A model generated the notes under the pieces. That model had not been told where the DNA came from and did not search any database. It saw only the letters and a list, made by a program, of their open reading frames with translations. Below, piece by piece: positions 1-12,078 of a DNA stretch of 64,000 nucleotides; position 1 is the stretch's first letter; each line of letters begins with the position of its first letter. Location of the stretch: NCBI GenBank assembly GCA_009914755.4, contig CP068257.2, forward strand, positions 42,656,001 through 42,720,000, read 5' to 3'. The position numbers were made by a program, and so were the translations under genes. Source of the DNA: the human T2T-CHM13v2.0 reference genome, Homo sapiens.

Positions 1-898
1 TGGCAGGTGGTTCTTGGGCCAGCGGGGAGGGGCACCCAGGGTGACAGGCGGTTCTGGATGCTGGTGGAGGATCTGGAGATGGGATGCCCCTCCTGGCCCT
101 GTGGACAGGCCGGCTGGGTGGGCCTCCCATCTCTGTCTGAGCTGGGGGTTCCAACTGCTCAGCCTGGCCCCAGTGCCTGATATGGAGTGGGCAGCGCTTC
201 CTGGCTGCAGCTGGGAGGGTGCCCACAGTGCACCTGCTGGCCGATCATGGCATCCCAGTTGGGCCTGTGCCTTCCTCTGCAAATGTCCTCCCTTCCCAAG
301 CCCCGTGCAGCTGCAGCGTCTCTGTATGTGAGCTCCCATGCGTGGACAGGGAACAGGTGGTTTTCTGCAAGGGAGGAGGACTCCACACACTTCCCCAGTT
401 CAGGGCTGGGGCTGATTCATGGAGGATGATCTGGGGCGAGTAGGATGGGAGGAACTGACATTCTGGGCAGAACCAGAGTCCTGTTTCATGAGTTCGGAAA
501 AGCAGTCTGCAGGGCTCTCCCAGGCCACCACTGCTGCTGCCGTGTGGCTCCCCATGGTGGGTGCTCTGTTTTCCTTCTCGGGGCCCCACTGCCTTCCTAG
601 AAAGGCTGACCCTGGCCGAGGGGAAGCCTGTGGCATAGTGTGCCCTTCTCTTTGCCCTCTATGTCAGCCGGGCAGCAGGAGAGTGGGGACTGGGAGGCAC
701 TTTCTGCCCCAATGCTGAAGTCTGCGTTTGTTGGATGTATGGAACAGCCAGCCTCACCATCCTGCCAGTGTTGCCCAGTCCTGGGACTTCTCGGGCCTTG
801 ATTTCCCCTTCTGTGAAAGGGGGTTGGGGACAAGACAGGCCACCTTGCAAGTTCCTTCCAGCCAGCCCACAAGTCCTGTCCTGTGTGGCTCTGGGTCA

Positions 899-1758
<860 letters not shown>

Positions 1759-2144
1759 TCATTAAACTTTGTGACCATTTCATGCTCACTGCTTTCTTGC
1801 CTGGGAGCTAATGGTGAGGAAAGGTCACTGGGAACCAGCGCACCAACCTCAGACATTGATTTTGTTCCAGCCTTTTTTCCTGGGCAGGGGTGGCTATCAC
1901 CTGCTGGTAGGCAGCGGCAGGCCCACTGTCCTGCCTGCCCTCTGACTGCGGTGTCGGCGACTGCTGCCCGAGGTTTATTTTGAGAAAGAAAAGCCGATTA
2001 AAGGGCCATTAAAAAGGTCTTTTGAAGATTACAGCTTCCAATGAGGTTAACAGAGAAAATTTCCTCCTTCAGGCCGCAGCCAGTCCCGTTCTAAAATCCA
2101 GAACGTGTCCCTTTCCAGTCCCGTTCTAAAATCCAGTCCCAACA

Positions 2145-2175
2145 ACAAAGTGGCCATGTGACATGGCCACTTTGT
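2145..2175. repeat. 31-bp perfect palindrome acaaagtggccatgt-g-acatggccactttgt
   Basis: Read directly from the sequence; arms of 15 bp around a single central base. Confidence 0.9.
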
Positions 2176-2724
2176 TCTCCTCCCAAGGGCTCAGCACAAA
2201 GCTGGGTTTTGGCAGCTTCATTGTCTCCGGGCGTCAAAGCAGGTTTTATTTTGCAGAGCACCCTGAAGACATTTGGAAGTGAGGGGTACCCTTGCTGACC
2301 CCTGATCCTGGGGCCCCTTTGCCGTTCCCAGGTCCCCTGACAAGCCCACCAGGCCCCCTGCTGAGATGGCTGTGACCCTGGGCTGACCCGCCCAGTGGCA
2401 CATTGACTCCGCCTGGAGCTGGGGAGACCAGAGAGGCCCTGTGGTTGGACGGTGGCCTGGGTGCGCTGCTCCTGCCCTCTCCTTGCCCTGCCTCAGCTGC
2501 TGCCTGCCAGAGGTGGGCTTGGACCTGTGGTGGGACCAGGTCTGCAGGGAGGGCGAGGGAGGGACGGAGGCTTAGCTTCGGCCAGCTGTGGCTGAGTGGA
2601 TCTCCCTCACTGCCCCCAACTCCAGTGAGGGTGGGGGACAGGGCGCTGCACTCACAGCACCACCTTGGACGCCCAGCCTCAGGCAGCAGGACTTGGCTCT
2701 GCTGACTGTTTTTGGTTGTCGGGT

Positions 2725-2875
2725 GCTTGGGGTGGCTCAGCTGTCTGGGGGGGGCTCGGCTGTCTGTCTCGGGGGGCTTGGCTGTCTGCGGGGGGCTCGG
2801 CTGTCTGGGGGGCTCGGCTGTCTTTCTGGGGGAGCTTGTCTGTCTGTCTGGGGGGCTTGGCTTTCTGGGTGTGTG
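2725..2875. repeat. GC-rich minisatellite (about 20-bp unit ggggctcggctgtctg, roughly 7 copies) in PFKL intron 1
   Basis: ggggggctcggctgtctgtctcggggggcttggctgtctgcggggggctcggctgtctggggggctcggctgtctttctggggg... Confidence 0.8.
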
Positions 2876-4489
2876 TGGGATGCTTGCTGGGTTCCCGCCC
2901 CAGTTTCAGCTGTAGCAGCCGTGCTCCCATCTATGTGGGGATGTGAGGGAGGCACTGTTCCTTTAGAGACGGCGTTGCTTGCTCAAGTGGAGAAGCTGCC
3001 AGTGTGGGCAGCTCCAGCTCCCTGCACGCTCTGTGCTCTGCCCATTCTAACGTCTGTGCCCCTTCTTCTGGATGGCTGCCGGGCTTGGCTCTGGCCCCCC
3101 TGTTGGATCCCCTGGCTGCTGGGTGGGGAGAGGGCCACCTACTGAACCTGAGGGTGGGTCTGGGTGAGTCCTGGCTCTGCTGCCACCTGCTGGGCTCTGG
3201 AAGGTCCCTCACCCTCCCTCTGGGATCTCATTGGATTCCTGTAGTGTGGGGATGGTGGCAGATACTCTGGCTGCTACGTGAGAACAGTGTGCCGATCCCT
3301 GGGGTTTCTCAAGGCGTGGCACCTCACCTCACACCTGCTCCCTGCTGCTGAGCCCCACGCCAAGCTGGAGAGCGGATGAGAAGCATGTGTAACCAGGGTA
3401 GAGGTCGAGAGTCCTCTCGTGGGGGTCTCCATGTTCAAGGGAGCTGCCGAGGCTTGAGCAGGAGCCCCCAGCAGGTCAGCACCTCCAGCCTCTGCAAGTA
3501 CAGGGGGGTGGGAGGGCAGGGGCTTTTGAGGGGCACGAGGCTTGGGGACAGAGGACCCGCATGGCTTAGGGATGGATGGCATGGTATGGGTGCTGGGAGG
3601 GAGGCAGGAAGAGCAGGGCTGGTCCCAGGGGCAAGCACAAACTCAGGCCTGTTACACGGCCCCAGACCTCACTCAGAAGGGGACCCTGGCCGCTGGCGTG
3701 GGTTTCCTCCTCTCTGAAGATTAGGTGGTCTTGGCTGCCCCTTTTGTATGAAGTCATGGATATCTTTTGAGATGGGGGCTCTCGGGAAGAAGGTGTGGGG
3801 TACATTAGCACCAGCGTTTCCTGAGTGCCGCCTCCCCCGTTAATGTCCCTCTCCAGGAAACTGGCTTTGCCAAGGCCCCCGCTGGGACAGACTGTTTCTT
3901 TCACTGCAGTCCTGGGAGCCGAGGGCAAGGGGACAGGAAAGAGGAAGTGACCTCAGAGCCTGGTGGCACCAGCATCATGTCCAGGCTGGGGGGTGAGGGT
4001 CCCTGAGGCCCTGGGGCAGGGCAGTGCTGTTCCCTGGGTGGCTGAGGCCGGAGGGGCTCTGTTCTCAGTCCCCCATCTCATTGCGGAGGAAGGAGCCCAA
4101 GCCCCTTCCAGCAGGTGCTTTCCTCAGTGCCCAGAGGTGCTCCCCGGCTTCTCCATCCCCACGCCGCAGCCTGAATGTCTGGGGTGGGGCCGGTGTGGGA
4201 GGTGCCGGCCTCTTTTCCACCTGCCCCACTTTTTATCCTGCTCTGTGGTCAAGGCCTGGCCCCGTGGCCTGTGAGTGTGGGGGCTCCGTGGCAGAGGTTG
4301 GGGCGGCGGGGTGTGGAGTTCGGGACACCCACACATGCCTGATTGCCATGCTCTGCATGGGATGTTCCCAGTTTATCTCTGGGCACCATACTCCAGGTGC
4401 TCGGAAGCTGAAGCCTAGAGCCTGCTGGGTTCACCCGAGCCTCCACCCGGGGGCCCAGGGCTGGTCCTCAAGTTTCCTGGCCTGGTGCC

Positions 4490-4695
4490 TCCTGAGATGG
4501 GGAGGGTGACCAGGCCTTCCCTACCCCCTGCCCTCTGAGATGGGGAGGGCGTCCGGGCCTTCCCTGACCCTTGCCCTCTTGAGATGAGGAGGGTGACCAG
4601 GGCCTTCCCCCACCACCCGCCCTCTGAGATGGACAGGGTGTCCAGGCCTCCCCTACCCCCTGTCCTCTGAGATGGGGAGGGTGTCCAGGGCCTTG
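4490..4695. repeat. Minisatellite, about 60-bp unit x 3.5, ending about 40 bp upstream of the PFKL exon 2 acceptor
   Basis: ctgagatggggagggtgaccaggccttccctaccccctgccctctgagatggggagggcgtccgggccttccctgacccttgccctcttgagatgaggagggtgaccagggcc... Confidence 0.85.
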
Positions 4696-4737
4696 CTTCT
4701 CAGCGTGGGACTGACAGGTTTGCCCTGACCTCCACAG

Positions 4738-4811
4738 GCATGAACGCTGCTGTCCGGGCTGTGACGCGCATGGGCATTTATGTGGGTGCCAAAGTCTTCC
4801 TCATCTACGAG
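4738..4811 (+). CDS. PFKL: PFKL exon 2 (..G MNAAVRAVTRMGIYVGAKVFLIYE)
   Basis: Acceptor cacag|GCATG; donor GAG|gtaagg; phase completes Gly from exon 1. Confidence 0.93.
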
Positions 4812-6616
4812 GTAAGGCCAAGGTGGGCTGTGTGTGTGCAGGGAGTGGGGACCTCCTGAGGCGCATGCCGAGGTGTGTTCTGTGTGGGTCACACTGGGAG
4901 ACGGGGTGGTCCTGGCCTGGAGGAGCTGATGGGTATGTGGTCTTGGGGAGTGTGAGGGGGAGCTTGGGGCCAGGCCAAAGGCATCTGCAGAAAGAAGACC
5001 TACTGCCTTGGGACTCAGCCCGGCTGGAGGCTCAGAGGCTGCAGAGCACGGGCCTGGGGGCAGGGAAGGAGCTGGGTGGACAAGGAGTCGAGGCCCTGCC
5101 TACAGTGATCGCTGACGGGCCAGGCCCCACCCACCACACCCCTGCCTGGTGTCCCCCAGCCTGGCCCTTGTCCCGCCCCGAGGCCTCTGTGAGTGGGGGC
5201 CAGGGACCTCACCGCCTCTGCCCTTGTCCTCCCCAGCCTCCTGCCTCACCACCCAGACCCGGGGGGCAGCCGCTGGCAGCAGCTCTGCTGTGTCTATGTT
5301 CATTGTGTCCCCGCAGGAGCAGCGGATGCCCTACTGCCTCAGCCCCAGTCCCCGTGGGAGATTTGGGGCTCGCCCTCCGTCCTGGGTATTTACACACCCA
5401 CACTTGCGCTCACACATGTGCACACACAGGCGCATTCACACACTTGGGCCACACCACGCACTCACAGGCTGCATTCTTGCCTTGTCAGGTGGTTTTCCAC
5501 ATTCCACAAGACAAGGTCTTTTGTTATTTTGTTGCCACTTTTTATGTAATATGTAGCTGTTTATATAAAATGTAGCAACCCCAGCTCTGCAGCCCCAGGC
5601 ACTCAGCCCCACCCCCCTCACTGCTCACTGCTCGCTGCTGACCACTCACCGCCCTGGGTCTCAGTTCCCCCATCTTGGCCCCAGGGAACAGCAGCCTGTC
5701 CAGCCCTCCCTCTGCAGGACTGTGTGAATGAATGAGTGAGTGGGCAGTCTGTGCTGGCCCGTCCTCTCCCTGTGGCCAGGCTGGGGCCCTGCCAGTATTG
5801 GATTAGGAAGCAGGTCTCAGAGCCCTGGGGAGCTGGGTGTGGGGGCCTCTCTAGGCAGGCTGGGCTGTGTCCGTACAAACCCCTCCTGCCACCTGCTCGA
5901 CCTTCAGTTTCTTCTTCTAAGTGGCAAAGGGGAGAAATTAGGGTTTTCCGGAACCCCCACACATTTGTGGTTGGGAAAGACTCCTGTGGCAAAAGACAGA
6001 AAACAGGTTCATCGGTGCAGGGCGTGTCCTGGAAAAGGGGAGAAGAGGCACTTTGCCGTGCCTAGAGTCCTGGCTTCTGCAGAGCCCAGCAGAGACCAGT
6101 GCACATGGAGAAGCCGAGGGGTACAGGGACGCAGCGTGAGGCCCTCGGAGGTGGGGGAATGCAGGAGGGTGAGTTTATGGGAAAAAGAATGAAGTGGGTG
6201 GGCGCGGGTCCTGGGGCTGTCTCTGGGTCCTGAGGGCTGTGAGGGGCATTTACATCCTGTCCAGGCGGTAACAGGAGGAGCCTTAGTCTTGGGATGCTGT
6301 GTGCTGCTTTCCTCTCAAAGGGAGGCAAGGCTGAGAGCTTCCCTGAATCTGCTGCCTAGTGGGCTTTAGCTCAGAAACATCCACATCTAAGAGGCAGATT
6401 TTGAGATGAGACATTCTGATATAGCGGCCCAGGGAAGACTTCCCCTCCGTCCCATGAAGGTTCTTGGAAGAATCCACTTGCGAAAAGCGGATTAATAGGG
6501 CAGAGGTGCTGGCATTCATTGTGAATAGGCATGGAGAGGTAGGGCGAAGATGCTGACCTGCCCTCCTCCCAGGGAAAGGGGCATGGGCAGCCTGGATGAT
6601 TCTAGGGGGGTAGGAA

Positions 6617-6917
6617 TTTTTTTTTTTTTTTTTTTTGAGACAGAGTCTCATTCTGTTGCCCAGGCTGGAGCGCAGTGGCACAATCTTGGCTCGCTGCAAC
6701 CTCTGCCTCCCAGGTTCAAGCAATTTTCCTGCCTCAGCCTCCTGAGTAGCTGGGATTACAGGCACCCACCACCACGCCCAGCTGTTTTTTGTATTTTTAG
6801 TAGAGACGGGGTTTCACCATGTTGGCCAGCCTGGTCTCGAACTCCTGGCCTCTGGTGATCCACCCGCCTCTGCTTCCCAAAGTGCTGGGATTACAGGCGC
6901 GAGCCACTGTGCACGGC
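6617..6917 (-). mobile_element. Alu SINE (antisense)
   Basis: T-run followed by gagacagagtctcattctgttgcccaggctggagcgcagtggc ... gattacaggcgcgagccac. Confidence 0.9.
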
Positions 6918-9062
6918 CATGAATGGTTTTTAGGGGATTCAATGGGCTTGGACAGCATCTGTTAGCCCTGGTGACCACCTGCCCAAGTGTGTTGGCAGAC
7001 ACAGGTCTTTCTTCCTACGATGACCTCAGTGCATGGAAACTCAGGGAGGGGACTGGCCGTCACTGTTCCTTTCTCCAGCAGCTATGGGCTTTAGGCAGAT
7101 TCGGGGGCTTCAGGGAGCAGCTGCATCCTGAGCTTGGAGGAGGCAGAGGGTCGAGAGGCAGAAGGGGGAGGTCAGGGAGACCTGCGGCTGCGTCAGTTCA
7201 CATCAGACTGCATTTTGGGTTTCTGAGCCCCCAGCGCTGGCTTCCTTCAGCAGGGAGACCGATCCCTTCTCCTTGGGGCTATTGTTAGGGCAGAAAGGGA
7301 GGGTGGCCTTGGAGGTGAAAACCCTTCTCAGTTCTGACACAAAGGAGGGCTCAGAACAGGCTACTCTTATCCCCCCAGGCAGAGCCCACAGCATAGCAGG
7401 GAGGGCCCTGAGCCTGGGTCCAGGCCTGCAGGGGTGAGAGGAGGGGGCGGGGCTAGAGGGGAAGGAGGGGAAGGTGAGCTGGGCCTAGGAGGACAGAGAC
7501 GGAAACAGAGTGGGTAGAGGGGGGCAAACAGCTTCTAGAAGATTCCAAGGGTAGGAGGAGGTTGTGTCTGTGAGACTGATTCCAGCAGAACTGAGCCACT
7601 GGCCTTGTGGGGTCTCTGGGGACTGCTGGGCTGGCCATACCTGCCTGCCCCTCCGCCCAGTGGGGCAGGGGCCTGGCTGGCGCCTGGGCTCTGTATTGGA
7701 TCCTGAGTTTTGCAGACAGACCTGTGTTTGGTGGCCTCCTGCTCAGGTGGGGCTGTGGGTTTGGGATCATTTTCCTGTTTTCCTTGTTCCTAGCTCAGGG
7801 CTGGTACAACCAGAGGGGGCCAGGCTGGCCTGGCCTGAGCCGGAGGAAGTAGCTCTGTGGTCCCTCAGATCAGCCCCTGAGATGGGGCAGGGGCACCTGT
7901 CCCCCAGCCCAGCTGGTGGGGAAGGGAGGCTGTCAGGCTAGAAGCCCGCCATGGCCAGAGTGGGGATGTTCATGCGCCCCGCAGCGCGCACTATCCCTTG
8001 ACCCCCTGCCTGCTTGAGGCACTTGCCCTCCTGGCCCCCAGGGCCCTGACACCTGGTTGGGGAGAAGGCGGAGGGAGGAGCAGAAGCCCACAGCTGAGCT
8101 GGCATCCGCCCTGGCCGAGGAATGGCTGCTCCACTGCCTCACCTCACGGCCTGGAGAAGGCTGCTGATGCCATGGAGGGACCGGGGCTGCACGGAGGAGG
8201 CCGCCCTTCTCCTCTCCACACCCTTAGTGAAATGCAGTCATGAGTGTCCCTCCCCTCAAACAACAAGAAAGGGCTGGCCGTGCAGTAGGAAACGGGCACG
8301 TGGCACGGAGGCTGTGCAGGTGCCATCTGGGAAATCCCAGGTAGAACCGCATGAGAGGCAGATCCACGGTACTGGATGGAAGGCCCAGTGTGGCCGGCGT
8401 GGCGGGACGCGGAGCCTGGAGCCCCTGCCTGGGGTGTTGCCGGCCCTACGAGCGATGGCCACTCGGGTCCCCTGGACCCAGGAGCTCCCTCGGGTGGGGG
8501 CCCGCCTGTAGGGAGGTGTGTGTGTTCTCAGCTTCCCGCTCTGGCGGGCAGATGGTAGCCTGGGCTGTTCACACGGCCGCCACACAGCAAGAGCACGCGC
8601 CGCACACCCCGCCGGCCGCATGCCTGGGAGGACTCCAGTGGGGACAGAAGGAGCCACGCACAGCAGCCTCTGTGGTGTCATTTCTAGGATGTTCAGAACA
8701 GGCAGACCTAGGATGCACCCTCAGGAGCTGGATGGCGGGCTCCGCTGGGGCCTTCGGGACGCTGAACTTGCCTGTGTGGATCTGGGTGGGGTGAGGGAGC
8801 TCAGACAGGCCCCTGCACCAAAGCACTTGCCACAGGAGTCACGCCCCGGGACACACGGACTCACCAGCTGTGCAGAGGGTGTCTGGAGCCCCCTAGGGGG
8901 CACCCGGACCCTGTTACCCAGGCCCTGGGATGATGGTGGGGCCTCACAGTCAGCACCCTGGTCCTGCTTTCTGCTGGTGGGGTGAAAATCCTGCTCCCAG
9001 ACCACTTGCTGCCGGCCGCCATGGGGTCCCCTATCTCATGCCTGCCCCACTCTTGATTTCAG

Positions 9063-9140
9063 GGCTATGAGGGCCTCGTGGAGGGAGGTGAGAACATCAA
9101 GCAGGCCAACTGGCTGAGCGTCTCCAACATCATCCAGCTG
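9063..9140 (+). CDS. PFKL: PFKL exon 3 (GYEGLVEGGENIKQANWLSVSNIIQL)
   Basis: Acceptor ttgatttcag|GGC; donor CTG|gtgagg; 78 nt in frame. Confidence 0.93.
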
Positions 9141-9174
9141 GTGAGGCCTGGGAACGCGGATGCATGTTGCACTT

Positions 9175-9600
9175 GGACTCGCAGACAGACACACAGAGAC
9201 AGACCTGCACACACAGACACACACACAGAGACAGACACGTGCACAAACACACACATGCAGACACACAGACATGCACACAGACGCACACACACACAGATGT
9301 GCACACACACAGATGCGTGCACACACAGACCCGTGCACGGACACACAGGCGCGCACAGACACAGACACGTGCACAGACACACACAGACATGCACACATAC
9401 AGACACACAGACGTGCACACAGACACACAGACGCGCACACAGACACACACAGATGCACACAGACATGGAGACAGATACACATGGATAGACACATGCAGAC
9501 ACATAAATACACAGATACACACGTAGACACACAGATGCGCACACAGGTACACAGATACAGAAACATACAGACATATGTACTCAGAGTCACACACACACGT
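9175..9600. repeat. Compound imperfect (CA)n / (GACA)n / (CACAGA)n microsatellite block in PFKL intron 3
   Basis: acacacagagacagacctgcacacacagacacacacacagagacagacacgtgcacaaacacacacatgcagacacacagacatgcacacag... Confidence 0.85.
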
Positions 9601-10161
9601 GCCCCATCGCACAGGGACTCAGGTTCAGGCCGACCCTGTCATCTGCTGCCATGGAATTGTTGGGTCGCAGGGTCATGGGGTTGCCAGGGGCCAGGAGGAC
9701 CTGGAGACGTGGCCGTGCTGGGTCCTGGGGGAGCCCTGGCTGAGGCTGGCTATGAGGGGCCACGTGAGCGCACCTGGAGCTGCTGAGGCTTGAGCCCTGG
9801 AGGCCCTGGCCGGTTCCCTGAGTTGGTACAGGGCCTGTGTGTGCACATGTGCACGCACATGTGTGTGGCAACCTATGCGTGTGTGTACTGTGCTTTCCAG
9901 TCTCCAAAGCCTTCCACTCTATTACCTTGGGGCTTCCCAAGCCCAGGACCGGACGGACATCATCCTCCTCTTTGTCTCTCCAAGGAGAGAGGCCCAGGGA
10001 GGTAGGGCCACCTCAGGTTTCCAGAGACCCCGGGGCTTCTGCCTCTCACTCTGCAGGGTCTGCCAGCCCCTTGCTGCCCAGTCCTGGGGTCCCTCTGGTG
10101 ATCCCCAGGGGCTGTCTGCCGCCTGCCATCTCTCCTGAAGTTTCTGGTCTCCTCTGTGCAG

Positions 10162-10351
10162 GGCGGCACTATCATTGGCAGCGCTCGCTGCAAGGCCTTT
10201 ACCACCAGGGAGGGGCGCCGGGCAGCGGCCTACAACCTGGTCCAGCACGGCATCACCAACCTGTGCGTCATCGGCGGGGATGGCAGCCTTACAGGTGCCA
10301 ACATCTTCCGCAGCGAGTGGGGCAGCCTGCTGGAGGAGCTGGTGGCGGAAG
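10162..10351 (+). CDS. PFKL: PFKL exon 4 ([15 protein letters not shown]...LLEELVAE)
   Basis: Acceptor ctctgtgcag|GGC; donor GAAG|gtgggt; 190 nt. Confidence 0.93.
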
Positions 10352-11034
10352 GTGGGTCTGTGCCCGGCGCACTGTAGGCCCTGGGGTTTTGTTTTGCCGC
10401 TGCTGCCAGGCGTGGGAATGGGCAGGACAGAGGGACGAGGGATCCCTGGGTGCCCCGAGGCAGAGGAGGGGCTGTCTGGCCGTTGGCCGGGGAGGAGTGG
10501 TGTCTGCCAGCACGAGCTCAGATGTCTCCCAGAGATGGAGGTCAGTGCTCAAGCCTGAGGGAGGGCACCCAGGCAGTGCATGGGGCTGGTGGAGGCCGGT
10601 GTTGCTCACCCTACGCTGCGTAGACAAGTCTTCTCTGTGTTTGATCCGAGTGAGATTCTGGACATGCATGGTCACAGTCTGCAGAAATAGAGTTGAAGTT
10701 GGGGTGACATAAGACACAGAGTCCCGAGATTGCTGCTTGGAAAGTGGCCTCTCGGAGCCATGTCTGTTCCATGTCCCTCATGTGGGGGACCCTGATGTGA
10801 GGCCTTGGCCGCTCTGCAAGGCACCCCAGAGGTCCCCCGTCTGCACTTGGCCCCAGCGGATCCAGCCATGCTGCCACAGGGTTCCAGGCAGGAGGAGGCT
10901 GAGCCTGGAACTCCGGGGCCCCTGCCGGGCTGCACGCCTGGGATGCGGGGGAAGGGGTGGCAGGAGAGGGGTCTCTGGCCCTGTGGTGGGGCCAGTGGAG
11001 CCTCAGCCAGGTCCTCCTGCTGCTCCTGGCCCAG

Positions 11035-11200
11035 GTAAGATCTCAGAGACTACAGCCCGGACCTACTCGCACCTGAACATCGCGGGCCTAGTGGGCTCCA
11101 TCGATAACGACTTCTGCGGCACCGACATGACCATCGGCACGGACTCGGCCCTCCACCGCATCATGGAGGTCATCGATGCCATCACCACCACTGCCCAGAG
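11035..11200 (+). CDS. PFKL: PFKL exon 5 ([54 protein letters not shown])
   Basis: Acceptor cccag|GTAAGATC; donor CAGAG|gtgagt; 166 nt. Confidence 0.93.
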
Positions 11201-11694
11201 GTGAGTGAGGCTGGCGCCGGCGGCCAGCCCAGGGCCCCTCCTCCCCGCACGGTGGTGAGGTGGTCTCAGGGTGACGGCCATCTGCAAGGGCAGTGGACTC
11301 TGGTAGCCCCAGCATCCAGGCCAGCCGCCCTCAGCCCCCAGCTGGGGGAACGCACAGCGGGCTCCACTCCCACTCTGCCAGGCCGCGGGGGGCCTTTGTG
11401 CAGCCCCTTCTGAGGGGCAGCTGCTTGCCCTGGGGTGTGACGCCCCCAAAGGAAGTCCTGGGCTGGCCAGGCCTGGGCTTGGCAAATGACCCTCAGCCTG
11501 GGAGGAGATCAGTCGAAACCAGCCCAAAGGCTGGAAGGATCCCAAGGTATCTTTTAGCTCAGAGCCTGGGCATGAGAAGGGGCTGTCCCCTGCCTGCCTC
11601 TCCATCCACTGGGTCCCTTGAGCACCCCGCAGGGAATCGGGCTGGCAGGGCCGTGTGGCTGGCACTGATGCATCCTCCTGTTCCATCTCCACAG

Positions 11695-11739
11695 CCACCA
11701 GAGGACCTTCGTGCTGGAAGTGATGGGCCGGCACTGCGG
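11695..11739 (+). CDS. PFKL: PFKL exon 6 (SHQRTFVLEVMGRHC)
   Basis: Acceptor ccacag|CCACCAG; donor TGCGG|gtgagg; 45 nt. Confidence 0.92.
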
Positions 11740-11969
11740 GTGAGGAGGGGCTTCCTGGCCCGCTGGGTGGCCCGGGTGCTGCTGGGGACCGCAGTGACAG
11801 GTGTGGCATATTTATTCTAGGGCTCAGTTAATGCCATGGGTGTGAGAGAGCCGGGTGGGGGCCGGGAGAGACAGAGAAGCTGTGGCCCAGAGTCGGACCT
11901 CTGGGTACAGGGAAGCTCCCCTCAACGGCTGGGTGGGGGTCCTGAGCAGGCAGGCGCTCGCTCCTCCAG

Positions 11970-12078
11970 GTACCTGGCGCTGGTATCTGCACTGGCCTCA
12001 GGGGCCGACTGGCTGTTCATCCCCGAGGCTCCACCCGAGGACGGCTGGGAGAACTTCATGTGTGAGAGGCTGGGTGAG
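11970..12078 (+). CDS. PFKL: PFKL exon 7 (GYLALVSALASGADWLFIPEAPPEDGWENFMCERLGE)
   Basis: Acceptor ctcctccag|GTACCTG; donor GGTGAG|gtgggt; 109 nt. Confidence 0.93.

Noticed and set aside
4823-5575. 250-aa plus-strand ORF immediately after PFKL exon 2
   Set aside because: It begins inside intron 2 downstream of the gtaagg donor. It is GC-rich and low-complexity, has no similarity to PFKL or other proteins, and is not supported by the splice pattern, which jumps to exon 3 at 9063.
9036-9786. Cluster of 120-208-aa ORFs rich in Cys/Val/His/Thr on both strands
   Set aside because: They are translations of the (CA)/(GACA)n compound microsatellite in PFKL intron 3.
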